NCBI GenBank assembly: GCA_040770765.1
Contig: JAXGIL010000001.1
Location: 434,538 to 466,537, forward strand
Direction: 5' to 3'
DNA length: 32,000 bases
From: Sedimentibacter sp.
GTDB taxonomy: Bacteria; Bacillota; Clostridia; Tissierellales; Sedimentibacteraceae
Part shown: piece by piece, positions 25,101 through 32,000 of the stretch
How positions within the stretch are numbered: the stretch's first letter is position 1
Layout: each line of letters begins with the position of its first letter
Made by a program: the position numbers and the translations under genes
Notes under the pieces: model-generated
Database searches by the model: none
Told to the model about the DNA's origin: nothing
The model's input: the letters and a program-made list of their open reading frames with translations, nothing else

Positions 25101-26234
25101 ACAGCCCTTCGGGCTGAATTCAAAAACCAGCTGGGTTTTTTTGAAAGCGGTCTGTATGCCATAATGGACGGCGATACAATTATCGACCATATTGTCGGTA
25201 AAATTATGACAGAAAAACTACCTTTGTTTATGGATATGAAAGAGGATGAAATAAACAAAATTATATCTGAATTAATAAATGACAGGTTTTACAAAGCTAA
25301 GGTTGAAGTTTTATATGCAAACTTAAATAAGCTTCAAATAAACGAAGTTGTTGAAAACTACCTAATTGCAAATAAAGAGAAGCTTGAAGCTAAAATAAAT
25401 AAAGCAATAGTTGAACTATACAATAAAATAAAATACAAAGACTTAGACGGTATTTTAGATTATTTTAACATGAGTGACTTGGAAAGTTTTATAAGCTCAT
25501 ATGACTCTGAAATTAATGCATTTGCAAATGCAATGCATTTATACTTATTGAACAATAAGGATGACTTTACCAATGAAGCTTCTTCTTATATCGGCTCTGT
25601 GGCAGAAGAATTTATGAATTTGAAATTCAATGATATTTTTAATTATGAAACTCAAGATGAAATAGACATAATTATTGGAAATGCAACAAACATTCTTTGT
25701 AAAAAGGAAGTTATAAAGAAGACTATAGAATCTTTCATAGGAACATATAAAAAATACTGTAATAATATCCACTTGGATTTTTATATTGACGAGGACGAAT
25801 TTACAAACTCTATACAAATTTTTGCACAAAATTTATTGATGAAGGATGAAACTGAAAAAACAGTAAAACAAATCCTATATTCTGTTATTAATGAAGCTGC
25901 ACAGTCTAATTTTTCTTTTATTGATTCTAAGTCAAAGGAACATATTGTTAATATATTTGTTGACTCAAGCATTGAAGGTCTTAGAAGAAACTTGGATGAT
26001 ATACTTATGTCCGTTGAATTTGACGTTATTGCAGCGGAAGAAATCGAAAAAATGGAGCCGGAGAAAATTCATCTCATGTTTAATTCATTTGGAGAAAAAT
26101 ATTTCAGAAGGCTTATGCTTTACGGATTTGGTGGGCTTGTTTTTGGAATAAACATGTATGTGGGATTTGCATTGACAGGGTTAAAAATATTGTCCGAAAC
26201 ATTTAGAATGAAATACTTCGCTGACGGCGAATGA
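22200..26234 (+). CDS. Giant (1344 aa) membrane protein with two UPF0754/DUF445-like signature modules
   Basis: The N-terminal sequence is GGASGYITNDYAINMLFKEYTPLKLGGVIKKTRNEFIENLSSLV. A second copy, at roughly residue 650, is FVGFITNVIAINMIFKPYREIKPLSKIPFFRNFSLGYIIKNQKNFAKSTAHYI. Both follow the GG.TN..AIkMLFrP...PFtPGlIpKrr.el pattern of Bacillus YheB-type UPF0754 proteins (from memory). TM helices are FFGGVLGVIAGLILAAF and, at the C-terminus, LMLYGFGGLVFGINMYVGFALTGL. The composition is extremely K/N/I/E-rich. Confidence 0.75.
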   Translation: MNEIQLNYIVQAILGGASGYITNDYAINMLFKEYTPLKLGGVIKKTRNEFIENLSSLVENDIINKEKLLEIFESPEFKFKFEKLTCDFYENCLYETVGNGKFSDIDGFDSSLKGLDNFVIEILNNNLESLIGLIADNFDAEYFLTNSQLEKIADSIYNYIKDVIENTDAVENILKNIYENNKELNLSHIFGSNMQATDNLINKLTEIVADNAEHSELFAGFNAALNEALKVFYDKQIKDVIKFDKEIINSFISYIEKNDIILKLCRSLFSYGRSIDKSLYSIIDPAFESNLKAYIENNLPFVTEKLVSYVQKNSILIDRIIEDTLDEVVSESEGFRKRMLHVIKNTYFNNLSKKYSIVDKIISYIRQFTEPEKLSIDISKNIIERLDNITVSDIISETENNFNLYKVYEIVAGFLNKNAMAIYENIENYISKLRIKDIFPPIDLNAGKILSSEQAQKYIKNKSQNYVKAVLSKQINELLENNSDIFIKSTADYLKVKFIDNEISIKNFLSKKIKDFKIDNNYLKSKELTNFIRLELYDKYKEEASKLKDFDLSLALDKLNSIENISKNSSETFRKYIISNTDIILKGSIKGVVTDNLNKLSDDELVKFANDFVGRELKPIMFFGGVLGVIAGLILAAFQNSPLDPANVNIANMATYAFVGFITNVIAINMIFKPYREIKPLSKIPFFRNFSLGYIIKNQKNFAKSTAHYIDTNLLSKKSINELFEKHKDSIKQSFIKNIAENDYSTLSSLLVKNRESTIRGTYNFIKNNILKKIIVFSDYLYGRISKTSLSTVLTGKNINSISNFACECLKTNNIKSRIFSVIGSDNKLNKFFSIGFLVKLQNNKFAKLYGKSINYLKPDTIKNKILQYNYKYKLHTKRKIEEVFSINEVSRFSGKVNKAVLSEGFKNNVTLAAVSLFNKLFDRNKTFGDLFDGRLKIYIDKNLPRILKNITQKIKNSLSESKKFVSTALRAEFKNQLGFFESGLYAIMDGDTIIDHIVGKIMTEKLPLFMDMKEDEINKIISELINDRFYKAKVEVLYANLNKLQINEVVENYLIANKEKLEAKINKAIVELYNKIKYKDLDGILDYFNMSDLESFISSYDSEINAFANAMHLYLLNNKDDFTNEASSYIGSVAEEFMNLKFNDIFNYETQDEIDIIIGNATNILCKKEVIKKTIESFIGTYKKYCNNIHLDFYIDEDEFTNSIQIFAQNLLMKDETEKTVKQILYSVINEAAQSNFSFIDSKSKEHIVNIFVDSSIEGLRRNLDDILMSVEFDVIAAEEIEKMEPEKIHLMFNSFGEKYFRRLMLYGFGGLVFGINMYVGFALTGLKILSETFRMKYFADGE

Positions 26235-26239
26235 CGAAA

Positions 26240-26259
26240 GGGTCGCTCGTAAGCGACCC
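26240..26259 (+). terminator. GC-rich hairpin after the giant ORF (weak T tract)
   Basis: GGGTCGCT-CGTA-AGCGACCC starts 6 nt after the stop. Only TATGTGATTT follows it, so intrinsic termination is plausible but not textbook. Confidence 0.5.
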
Positions 26260-26264
26260 TATGT

Positions 26265-26386
26265 GATTTACATAATTTTAAATATGTAAACCTATGACTA
26301 CAACCCCAAACCTTTATATTCTCAAAACTTCCGAATTTTAGATTTACATAAATTTATATATGTAAACCTTTTGACAAAACCCCTTT
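26265..26386. repeat. Two imperfect direct copies (~46 bp, 76-bp period) of an element with an internal TTTACATA...TATGTAAA palindrome
   Basis: Copy 1 (26265-26310) is GATTTACATAATTTTAAATATGTAAACCTATGACTACAACCCCAAA. Copy 2 (26341-26386) is GATTTACATAAATTTATATATGTAAACCTTTTGACAAAACCCCTTT. They lie in the convergent intergenic region between the giant ORF and the TolC-like gene. Confidence 0.6.
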
Positions 26387-26429
26387 TCCCAACAATGACT
26401 GAAATTTTCATAAAAACGAAAGAGCGTCC

Positions 26430-27665
26430 CTAAAAATCGGATCCTTCCGGTGCCCCGCTTATACTGCCGATTAAATGAGAGTTATCGAACATCAATTTGT
26501 TTATATTGTATGCAGCCAATAGCTGATAATATCCAATTTCTGCCTGATACATGCCTGTATTTGCCTCCAATACATTCAGCATAGTTGCCATTCCGTTATC
26601 ATACAAAAGCTGATTTATCCTCGCTGCCTCTTTTGCCAATTCAAAAGTTTTTTCCATGTTAATTAGGGCTCTTTCTGCCTTAATCAAGTTCAAATACGAT
26701 TTTCTTACATCAAGTTCAACGTCCTTGTATGCTTGCGGTACATTTAACTCTGCATCCTTGAGTTTTTCTTTGGCGGCTTTGTGCTGTCTTAAGTTTGAAG
26801 TATAGTATGCAGTATAAGCATGCGTTTCTATTTTTTGAAGTTCTAAATTATTTTCAGCCTTCAGTATTTCAGGTCTTTCTGCTTTTGCTTTTTCTATTGC
26901 TTCAACTAGATTAATTTCTTCCGTCGGCACGTAGGTAAGATTGGTATCCGTAAGTATAAATTCAGTATCAAAAGGTAATTCCAGTTTATTTAATAAATTT
27001 AACTTTGCAATGCTGTAATCGTCTACTGCAGAATCCAATTCAGTCTTAGCTTTTTGAACTGCCATTTCAGCATTTAATACTTCCGCCTTTGTAGCAGAAC
27101 CGTTATTAAATTTTAAATTTGCAACTCTTAATTGTTCCTCTGCTTTACTTAAATTTAACTTGTTAATTACAATTGTTTGCTCGGCAACCAGTACATTGTA
27201 GTATAATGACTTTGTTTCTATTTCAATGCCTGCCAAAAGCATTTCTCTGTTTTTCTCCAATTGTGCCTGCTGGGAGTCGGCAAATTTAATATAATAATCA
27301 TTTTTTGCCAGTATTCTTTCAACCTGATTACTTGTTACATCAAAGTCCGGACCAAATGTTGCTTCAATTTGAGATAATGGAATGCTCATTATTATCTCTG
27401 CCAAGTTTTTAGCATCCTTAGCATCTTTTCTTGCTTCTTTAACCTGAGCAATTCCATCATCGATTTTCCACATTTCTCTGCTGTTTTCTGTTGCTATTCT
27501 GACAGCATCTTCCATTGACAGCATTAGAGGCTCATTAACCGGCAGTGTCTCTTCTGCAGCTTCTGCCGTTTCTTCTCCTTCCACTGCTTCTTCTGTTGCT
27601 GACACATTTATCAAGGTACTTAATATAAGCATCAGTACTATTAATAAAGATATTTTTCTTTTCAT
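26430..27665 (-). CDS. TolC-family outer-membrane-efflux-protein-like protein
   Basis: 411 aa with a signal peptide (MKRKISLLIVLMLILSTLINVSA). It then shows the two-repeat coiled-coil pattern typical of OEP/TolC proteins (LSMEDAVRIATENS..., AEEQLRVANLKFNNGSATKAEVLNAEMAVQKAK..., INQLLYDNGMATMLNVLEA). It is the last gene of the efflux cluster. Confidence 0.8.
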   Translation of the reverse strand: MKRKISLLIVLMLILSTLINVSATEEAVEGEETAEAAEETLPVNEPLMLSMEDAVRIATENSREMWKIDDGIAQVKEARKDAKDAKNLAEIIMSIPLSQIEATFGPDFDVTSNQVERILAKNDYYIKFADSQQAQLEKNREMLLAGIEIETKSLYYNVLVAEQTIVINKLNLSKAEEQLRVANLKFNNGSATKAEVLNAEMAVQKAKTELDSAVDDYSIAKLNLLNKLELPFDTEFILTDTNLTYVPTEEINLVEAIEKAKAERPEILKAENNLELQKIETHAYTAYYTSNLRQHKAAKEKLKDAELNVPQAYKDVELDVRKSYLNLIKAERALINMEKTFELAKEAARINQLLYDNGMATMLNVLEANTGMYQAEIGYYQLLAAYNINKLMFDNSHLIGSISGAPEGSDF

Positions 27666-27674
27666 CTTTTCCTC

Positions 27675-28265
27675 CTATTGTTGATGTTTTACAGCAAATC
27701 CGTTATACAATAAATCAAAAATTACATCATCTTCTTTGATTTCTTTTTCTTTATTTTGTAATTTTAATCTCGAGTATTCACCCAAAGTCCCTACAATCAA
27801 ACATGCCAAAACTTCAGATTGAATACTCTTTTTGACGACGCCCTCCTCCTTGCCTTGGTCTATTATTTTGCATATTAAACTATACATTTCAGTAATTTTT
27901 CCTATTATTGTCTTGATTGTTTTTTCTGAAATAATGTTTTTGCTGGATAATACATTGTCTATGCTCATATCAGCAAACTCTGATTCCATCTTAAGTTTTC
28001 CATTGAATAAAATCAATAATTTATTTTTAAATGTATCATCTATATTACTGACATATTCTATATTTTCAATAATTACATCAACATATTCAATGCATGCTTC
28101 ATCAAATACATCTTGTTTGCTTTCAAAATACTCGTATAAGGTTCCTTTTCCAACACCTGCACCTATTGCAATATCTTCCATCTTAGTATTATGAAACCCT
28201 TTATCTCTGAATAATGTCATGGCGGAATTTAATATATCCTGCCGCTTTTTATTTTTTTCACGCAT
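27675..28265 (-). CDS. TetR/AcrR-family transcriptional regulator
   Basis: The N-terminal HTH region is RQDILNSAMTLFRDKGFHNTKMEDIAIGAGVGKGTLYEYFESKQDVF. Confidence 0.9.
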   Translation of the reverse strand: MREKNKKRQDILNSAMTLFRDKGFHNTKMEDIAIGAGVGKGTLYEYFESKQDVFDEACIEYVDVIIENIEYVSNIDDTFKNKLLILFNGKLKMESEFADMSIDNVLSSKNIISEKTIKTIIGKITEMYSLICKIIDQGKEEGVVKKSIQSEVLACLIVGTLGEYSRLKLQNKEKEIKEDDVIFDLLYNGFAVKHQQ

Positions 28266-28284
28266 TCCTATTTGCCTCCTATAC

Positions 28285-31200
28285 TTACAGTATCAACTCA
28301 GTAGTTTCATCTTTTTTTATCTTTTTCTTAAAAAATTCTGAAATATCATCGAATATAGTATACATAACAGGAACTATCACTAAGGTTAAGACTGTTGACA
28401 AGGACAATCCTCCTATCACCACAACACCCATCGACTGAGTAAATTCAGCACCTTCGCCTATACCAAGCGACATAGGTACTAATCCTAAGATGGTTGTCAA
28501 TGCAGTCATCATTATTGGACGTATTCTTATTGGACCTGCCTTCATTATGGCAACATTCCTGTCTTCTCCTCTTCTCCGCCTGTTATTGATGTAATCAATT
28601 AATACTATTGCATTATTAACAACAACGCCTACCAATATTATCAACCCTATTATCCCTATTACATTAAGAGGAAGCCCTGTAATAAACAGGCCTATAAATC
28701 CTCCGGACAATGCAAGGGGCACCGAGAACATAATTGACAAAGGCTGAATCAATGATTCAAACTGTGCTGCAATAATCATATAAACCAAGGCAATTGCCAT
28801 CAGCATCACCAAGAATAAGTCAGTAAAAGTTTCCTGTATCTGCTCTATTTCTCCGCCAAGTATATAACTGTAGCCGTAAGGCATTTCATATTCTTTAAGA
28901 AGTTCTTCTATTTCAATGGAGGCAGATTGAACATCTCTTCCCATAACACTTCCCGATACGGTTAGTACTCTTACCTGATTTTCTCTAAGTATGCTTATTG
29001 GTCCTTTTTCTATTCTTATATCGGCAACTTCAGATAAGGGCACATTGCTGCCCATTGGGGTTTCAACAGGAAGCATTTCCAAATATGAAATACTTTCACC
29101 GTAAATATTGTCACCTTTTAAAACCACATCTATTTCATCGCCGTTAATTTTGTACTTTGTAACATTGGAACCGGATAATGTATTAATAACAGCCCTGCCT
29201 ATCTGAGCGGTAGTTAAACCGTATTGGGATGCAATTCCTCTGTCTGCGATAATTTGAACTTGAGGAATCCCGTCTTCATAACTTGTGGTCACTTCTCTTG
29301 TTCCTTCAACTTTTTCTATTATTTTTTTAAAGTCGTCTCCAATAGCTTTTAAAGTATCTAAATCATCTCCTTTAATACTTATGCTTATTGCTCCCGCCGT
29401 CAATCCCAGCATCATTGTTGATGATTCGGAAACACTTATTTCAGCTCCGGGGATATCCTTAGTCATAATTCTTATTTCATCGCTAATTTCTTTTGCACTT
29501 TTGTCCCTTTCATCAAAATCCCTTAATAATACAATCATAGAGCCGCTGCCGCCGGAGCCGCCCATTCCATACATATTTCCACCTCCTGCAGAGGTAAATA
29601 CATCTTCAATTTCAGGAATCTCTGTAATTGTTTCTTGTATTTCATTCAATACAGCATCTATTTCCTGCGTTTCAGAGCCGGCAGGAAGACTAACGCTGAC
29701 ATTAATCATACCTTCGTCACCTGCAGGGAAAAATTCGGCTCCCACGGATATTACCATTATTACGCTTACAACAAATAATACGATACTTATCAATATTGTT
29801 ATTAAACGATGTTTTAAACTGTAACTTAATATTTTTTTATAGAAAACAACCAAAGGACCGAGCTTTTTCTCCTGCTCTTCTTCTGATTCGAGGTTTTTTA
29901 CCGAAACCAGTTTTGATGACAGCATCGGTACCAATGTAAGAGCAATAACCAAAGAACTTAATAAAGCAATTGTTATGGTAAGTGCAAATTCTTTAAATAA
30001 AACCGCGGCAAGCCCGCCGGTAAACACAATCGGAATAAAAACGGCAATAGTAGTTAAGGTGGAAGCTGTAACTGCCATTGAAACTTCGTTTGTTCCATCT
30101 ACTGATGCGGTAAATCTGTCCATCCCTAAGCTTCTGTTTCTGTATATGTTTTCAAGAACAACAATGGAATTGTCAACCAACATTCCTACCGCTAAGGCTA
30201 AGGCTCCTATTGACATCATATTCAGTGTAATATCGGTAAAAAACAGAATAACAAATGTGGTTATTATGGAAAAAGGTATTGAAATAGCTATAACCAATGT
30301 TGTTTTAAAACTTCTCAAGAAAATCAAAAGTATCAGTATAGCTAAAATACCACCCTTTGTCGTATTACCTATCAAATTATCTATTGCAAAATTAATATAA
30401 TCAGCTTGGTTAAAAACAGTAACTAAATCCAGCTCCGGATATTCTGTTTTAATTCTTTCAATTTCTTTCTCTATGTCATTTGCAACATTGACTGTATTGG
30501 CGTCAGATTGCTTCATAACCGATATCTGGACAACTTCCTTGCCGTTCAATTTTGTTATTGATGATTGCTCCTTGTTTTTCAAATTAACATCAGCAATATC
30601 TTTCAGCCTTACAGTACCGCCTTTCATAAGAGGTATTGTCAAATTTCTTATTTCTTCGACGGATTTAAATTCGCCCATTGTCCTTACTGTTAGCTCATTA
30701 TTCCCTTTTTTGACTGTCCCTCCGGGCATGTTTAAATTCTCTGCCTGAAGTATTTGTGCAACATATGAGGAATTCAAATTATATCCTTTAACCGTTTCTT
30801 CTTTCAGCATTATTTCTACTTCCTGCTCTAATCCTCCGGATACGGAAGCAGAAGCAGTGCCTTCTATACGCTCAAAACGTGGAGATATAACATCCTCCGC
30901 AATCTTTTGAGTTGTGTATAAATCTCCTTTGCTTGAAACAGCCAATTGAATTATCGGAATTGCATTAGGGTCCATTTTTAGAGCCAAGGGCGTAGATGTG
31001 CCATCCGGCAAAAAACTCTTAATAACATCAATTCTTTCCCTTATTTGAAGCATTATTTCATCCAAATCAGTATTAAATGCAAACTGCATTAACAATAATG
31101 AACTTCCTTCATTAGATATGGAAATAATATCCTCAATATTTTCAACCGTGGATAAAGTTTGCTCCAAGGGTCTTGATATCATATTTTCTATTTCTTCAGG

Positions 31201-31362
31201 TCCTGCCCCTTGATAGGTTGTTTGAACCATTACATAAGGCAGTTCCATTTGAGGAAGCAAGTCTATCTGAAGCTTGCTAAAGGATACAACTCCTATAACA
31301 ATCACTATTAATATCATCATGGTGATTGTAACGGGTTTTTTAACAGAGAATCTTGCAAGCAT
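28285..31362 (-). CDS. RND-superfamily efflux pump, inner-membrane subunit (AcrB/HAE1-like)
   Basis: 1025 aa. It starts FSVKKPVTITMMILIVIVIGVVSFSKLQIDLLPQMELPYVMVQTTYQGAGPEEIE. It has a 12-TM layout with two large loops. The sequence LSIGALALAVGMLVDNSIVVLENI is typical of TM4. Confidence 0.95.
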   Translation of the reverse strand: MLARFSVKKPVTITMMILIVIVIGVVSFSKLQIDLLPQMELPYVMVQTTYQGAGPEEIENMISRPLEQTLSTVENIEDIISISNEGSSLLLMQFAFNTDLDEIMLQIRERIDVIKSFLPDGTSTPLALKMDPNAIPIIQLAVSSKGDLYTTQKIAEDVISPRFERIEGTASASVSGGLEQEVEIMLKEETVKGYNLNSSYVAQILQAENLNMPGGTVKKGNNELTVRTMGEFKSVEEIRNLTIPLMKGGTVRLKDIADVNLKNKEQSSITKLNGKEVVQISVMKQSDANTVNVANDIEKEIERIKTEYPELDLVTVFNQADYINFAIDNLIGNTTKGGILAILILLIFLRSFKTTLVIAISIPFSIITTFVILFFTDITLNMMSIGALALAVGMLVDNSIVVLENIYRNRSLGMDRFTASVDGTNEVSMAVTASTLTTIAVFIPIVFTGGLAAVLFKEFALTITIALLSSLVIALTLVPMLSSKLVSVKNLESEEEQEKKLGPLVVFYKKILSYSLKHRLITILISIVLFVVSVIMVISVGAEFFPAGDEGMINVSVSLPAGSETQEIDAVLNEIQETITEIPEIEDVFTSAGGGNMYGMGGSGGSGSMIVLLRDFDERDKSAKEISDEIRIMTKDIPGAEISVSESSTMMLGLTAGAISISIKGDDLDTLKAIGDDFKKIIEKVEGTREVTTSYEDGIPQVQIIADRGIASQYGLTTAQIGRAVINTLSGSNVTKYKINGDEIDVVLKGDNIYGESISYLEMLPVETPMGSNVPLSEVADIRIEKGPISILRENQVRVLTVSGSVMGRDVQSASIEIEELLKEYEMPYGYSYILGGEIEQIQETFTDLFLVMLMAIALVYMIIAAQFESLIQPLSIMFSVPLALSGGFIGLFITGLPLNVIGIIGLIILVGVVVNNAIVLIDYINNRRRRGEDRNVAIMKAGPIRIRPIMMTALTTILGLVPMSLGIGEGAEFTQSMGVVVIGGLSLSTVLTLVIVPVMYTIFDDISEFFKKKIKKDETTELIL

Positions 31363-31364
31363 TT

Positions 31365-32000
31365 TTATTCACCCCTTACAACCTTTATTTTACTGCCATG
31401 ACTTATGTAATCCTGACCTTTCACAATAACTCTATCTCCCTCTGAGAGACCTGTTTTAATTTCTATGTATGCTCCTGTGTCAAGTCCTGTTGTAACTTCT
31501 TTTTCAATTGCGCTGTTATCCTCTGCAACAAACACATATTTTTTATCCTCACGTTCTTTAACGGCTTCTGCTCTTACGGCTAAAGCATTTGCAATATTAT
31601 CTGTTTTTAGATAAACCTTGGCAAACATACCGGGTTTAATTGCACCGTCATTTTCCAGCACTATGCTTACGGTATACAGATTTGTCATAATATCTGCTGA
31701 AGAGCTTACGCTGTTTATTACGGCTTCATTTTTATAACCTGCTGAACTTATTTCAACAAGAGTCTTATCACCGGCTTTAACCTTATTTACAAGGCTTGCG
31801 GATATTCCAAACTCAATTGTAACACTGTCGGAATCAACTATTGTTACGGGAGGATTGGATGATGTTGCATATTCTCCTTCAACTATGTTTACACTCGAAA
31901 TTACACCGGATATGGGAGCTTTGACCTCAGCATTTTTCAACATCGATGCTGCATTTGAATAAGCTACCCTTGCTTGTTCAACACCCATTCTTGCAGCTTC
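31365..32000 (-). CDS. RND efflux periplasmic adaptor (membrane-fusion protein); the 5' end lies beyond the right window edge
   Basis: Barrel-sandwich and beta-barrel motifs are present (VKAPISGVISSVNIVEGEYA, GMFAKVYLKTD, YVFVAEDNSAIEKEVTTGL). The frame stays open upstream of the track M to position 32000 (...EAARMGVEQ). The stop lies 2 nt before the RND start. Confidence 0.85.
   Translation of the reverse strand, partial: EAARMGVEQARVAYSNAASMLKNAEVKAPISGVISSVNIVEGEYATSSNPPVTIVDSDSVTIEFGISASLVNKVKAGDKTLVEISSAGYKNEAVINSVSSSADIMTNLYTVSIVLENDGAIKPGMFAKVYLKTDNIANALAVRAEAVKEREDKKYVFVAEDNSAIEKEVTTGLDTGAYIEIKTGLSEGDRVIVKGQDYISHGSKIKVVRGE

Noticed and set aside
23762-25972. Antisense ORFs inside the giant DUF445-like gene (23762..24058, 24809..25258, 25545..25829, 25781..25972) and the off-frame plus-strand ORF 25891..26151
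   Set aside because: They are low-complexity Ser/Phe/Leu-rich shadow frames of a very AT-rich coding sequence.
26265-26386. The two palindromic repeats as a CRISPR array
   Set aside because: There are only two imperfect copies. The repeat plus spacer period is 76 bp with AT-rich repeats, and there are no cas genes. The architecture does not fit a CRISPR array.
27832-30748. Plus-strand ORFs opposite the TetR and RND genes (27832..28194, 28214..28438, 29285..29824, 29975..30400, 30473..30748)
   Set aside because: They are antisense shadows of genes with unambiguous TetR and AcrB-type sequence. Their Ser/Ile/Leu-rich products have no start signals.

Overview
The window is a compositional mosaic. 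An AT-rich, Clostridia-like backbone covers about 9.06-12.5 kb and 19.24-32 kb. Two higher-GC blocks interrupt it, at 1 to about 9.06 kb and about 12.5-18.1 kb.

Block 1 (1-9.06 kb) holds a polytopic-membrane LuxR-type regulator. Two divergent operons flank it, and each is preceded by the same palindrome-containing element. The left operon encodes a 2-TM protein and a lipoprotein; the lipoprotein ORF is missing from the supplied track because it runs off the window edge. The right operon encodes a 4-TM protein, a zinc-ribbon protein, a double-zinc-ribbon protein and a 1193-aa single-pass membrane protein.

The first AT-rich stretch carries a CPBP intramembrane protease, a small zinc-ribbon ORF, a DUF1835/DUF3658 protein and a serine-hydrolase gene fragment.

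Block 2 (12.5-18.1 kb) looks like a decayed defence island. Reading in the direction of transcription (minus strand), it contains a winged-helix fragment, an ATPase-tail fragment, an XRE HTH gene and the N-terminal stump of a DNA methyltransferase with an in-frame TAG. These are followed by an intact, translationally coupled pair: an HD + RyR-domain protein and a TIR + BspA-type LRR protein. A small ORF and an LRR lipoprotein fused in frame to the C-terminal half of a pirin gene complete the block. An IS481-family element (18101-19240, imperfect TGT...ACA inverted repeats, no target duplication seen) caps the block.

The right-hand backbone encodes a 48-aa LDCC-motif ORF (also absent from the track) and an OmpR-type two-component system. 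It also encodes a 1344-aa tandem UPF0754/DUF445-like membrane protein and an RND efflux operon in the order adaptor, RND pump, TetR, TolC-like.

The best candidate for an undescribed system is the HD-RyR / TIR-LRR pair. The LuxR-flanked zinc-ribbon operon and the giant DUF445-like gene with shared TGAAGA direct-repeat boxes are secondary candidates.

No rRNA, tRNA or CRISPR array was seen. All family assignments rest on motifs read by eye and remembered family consensus; no searches were run.
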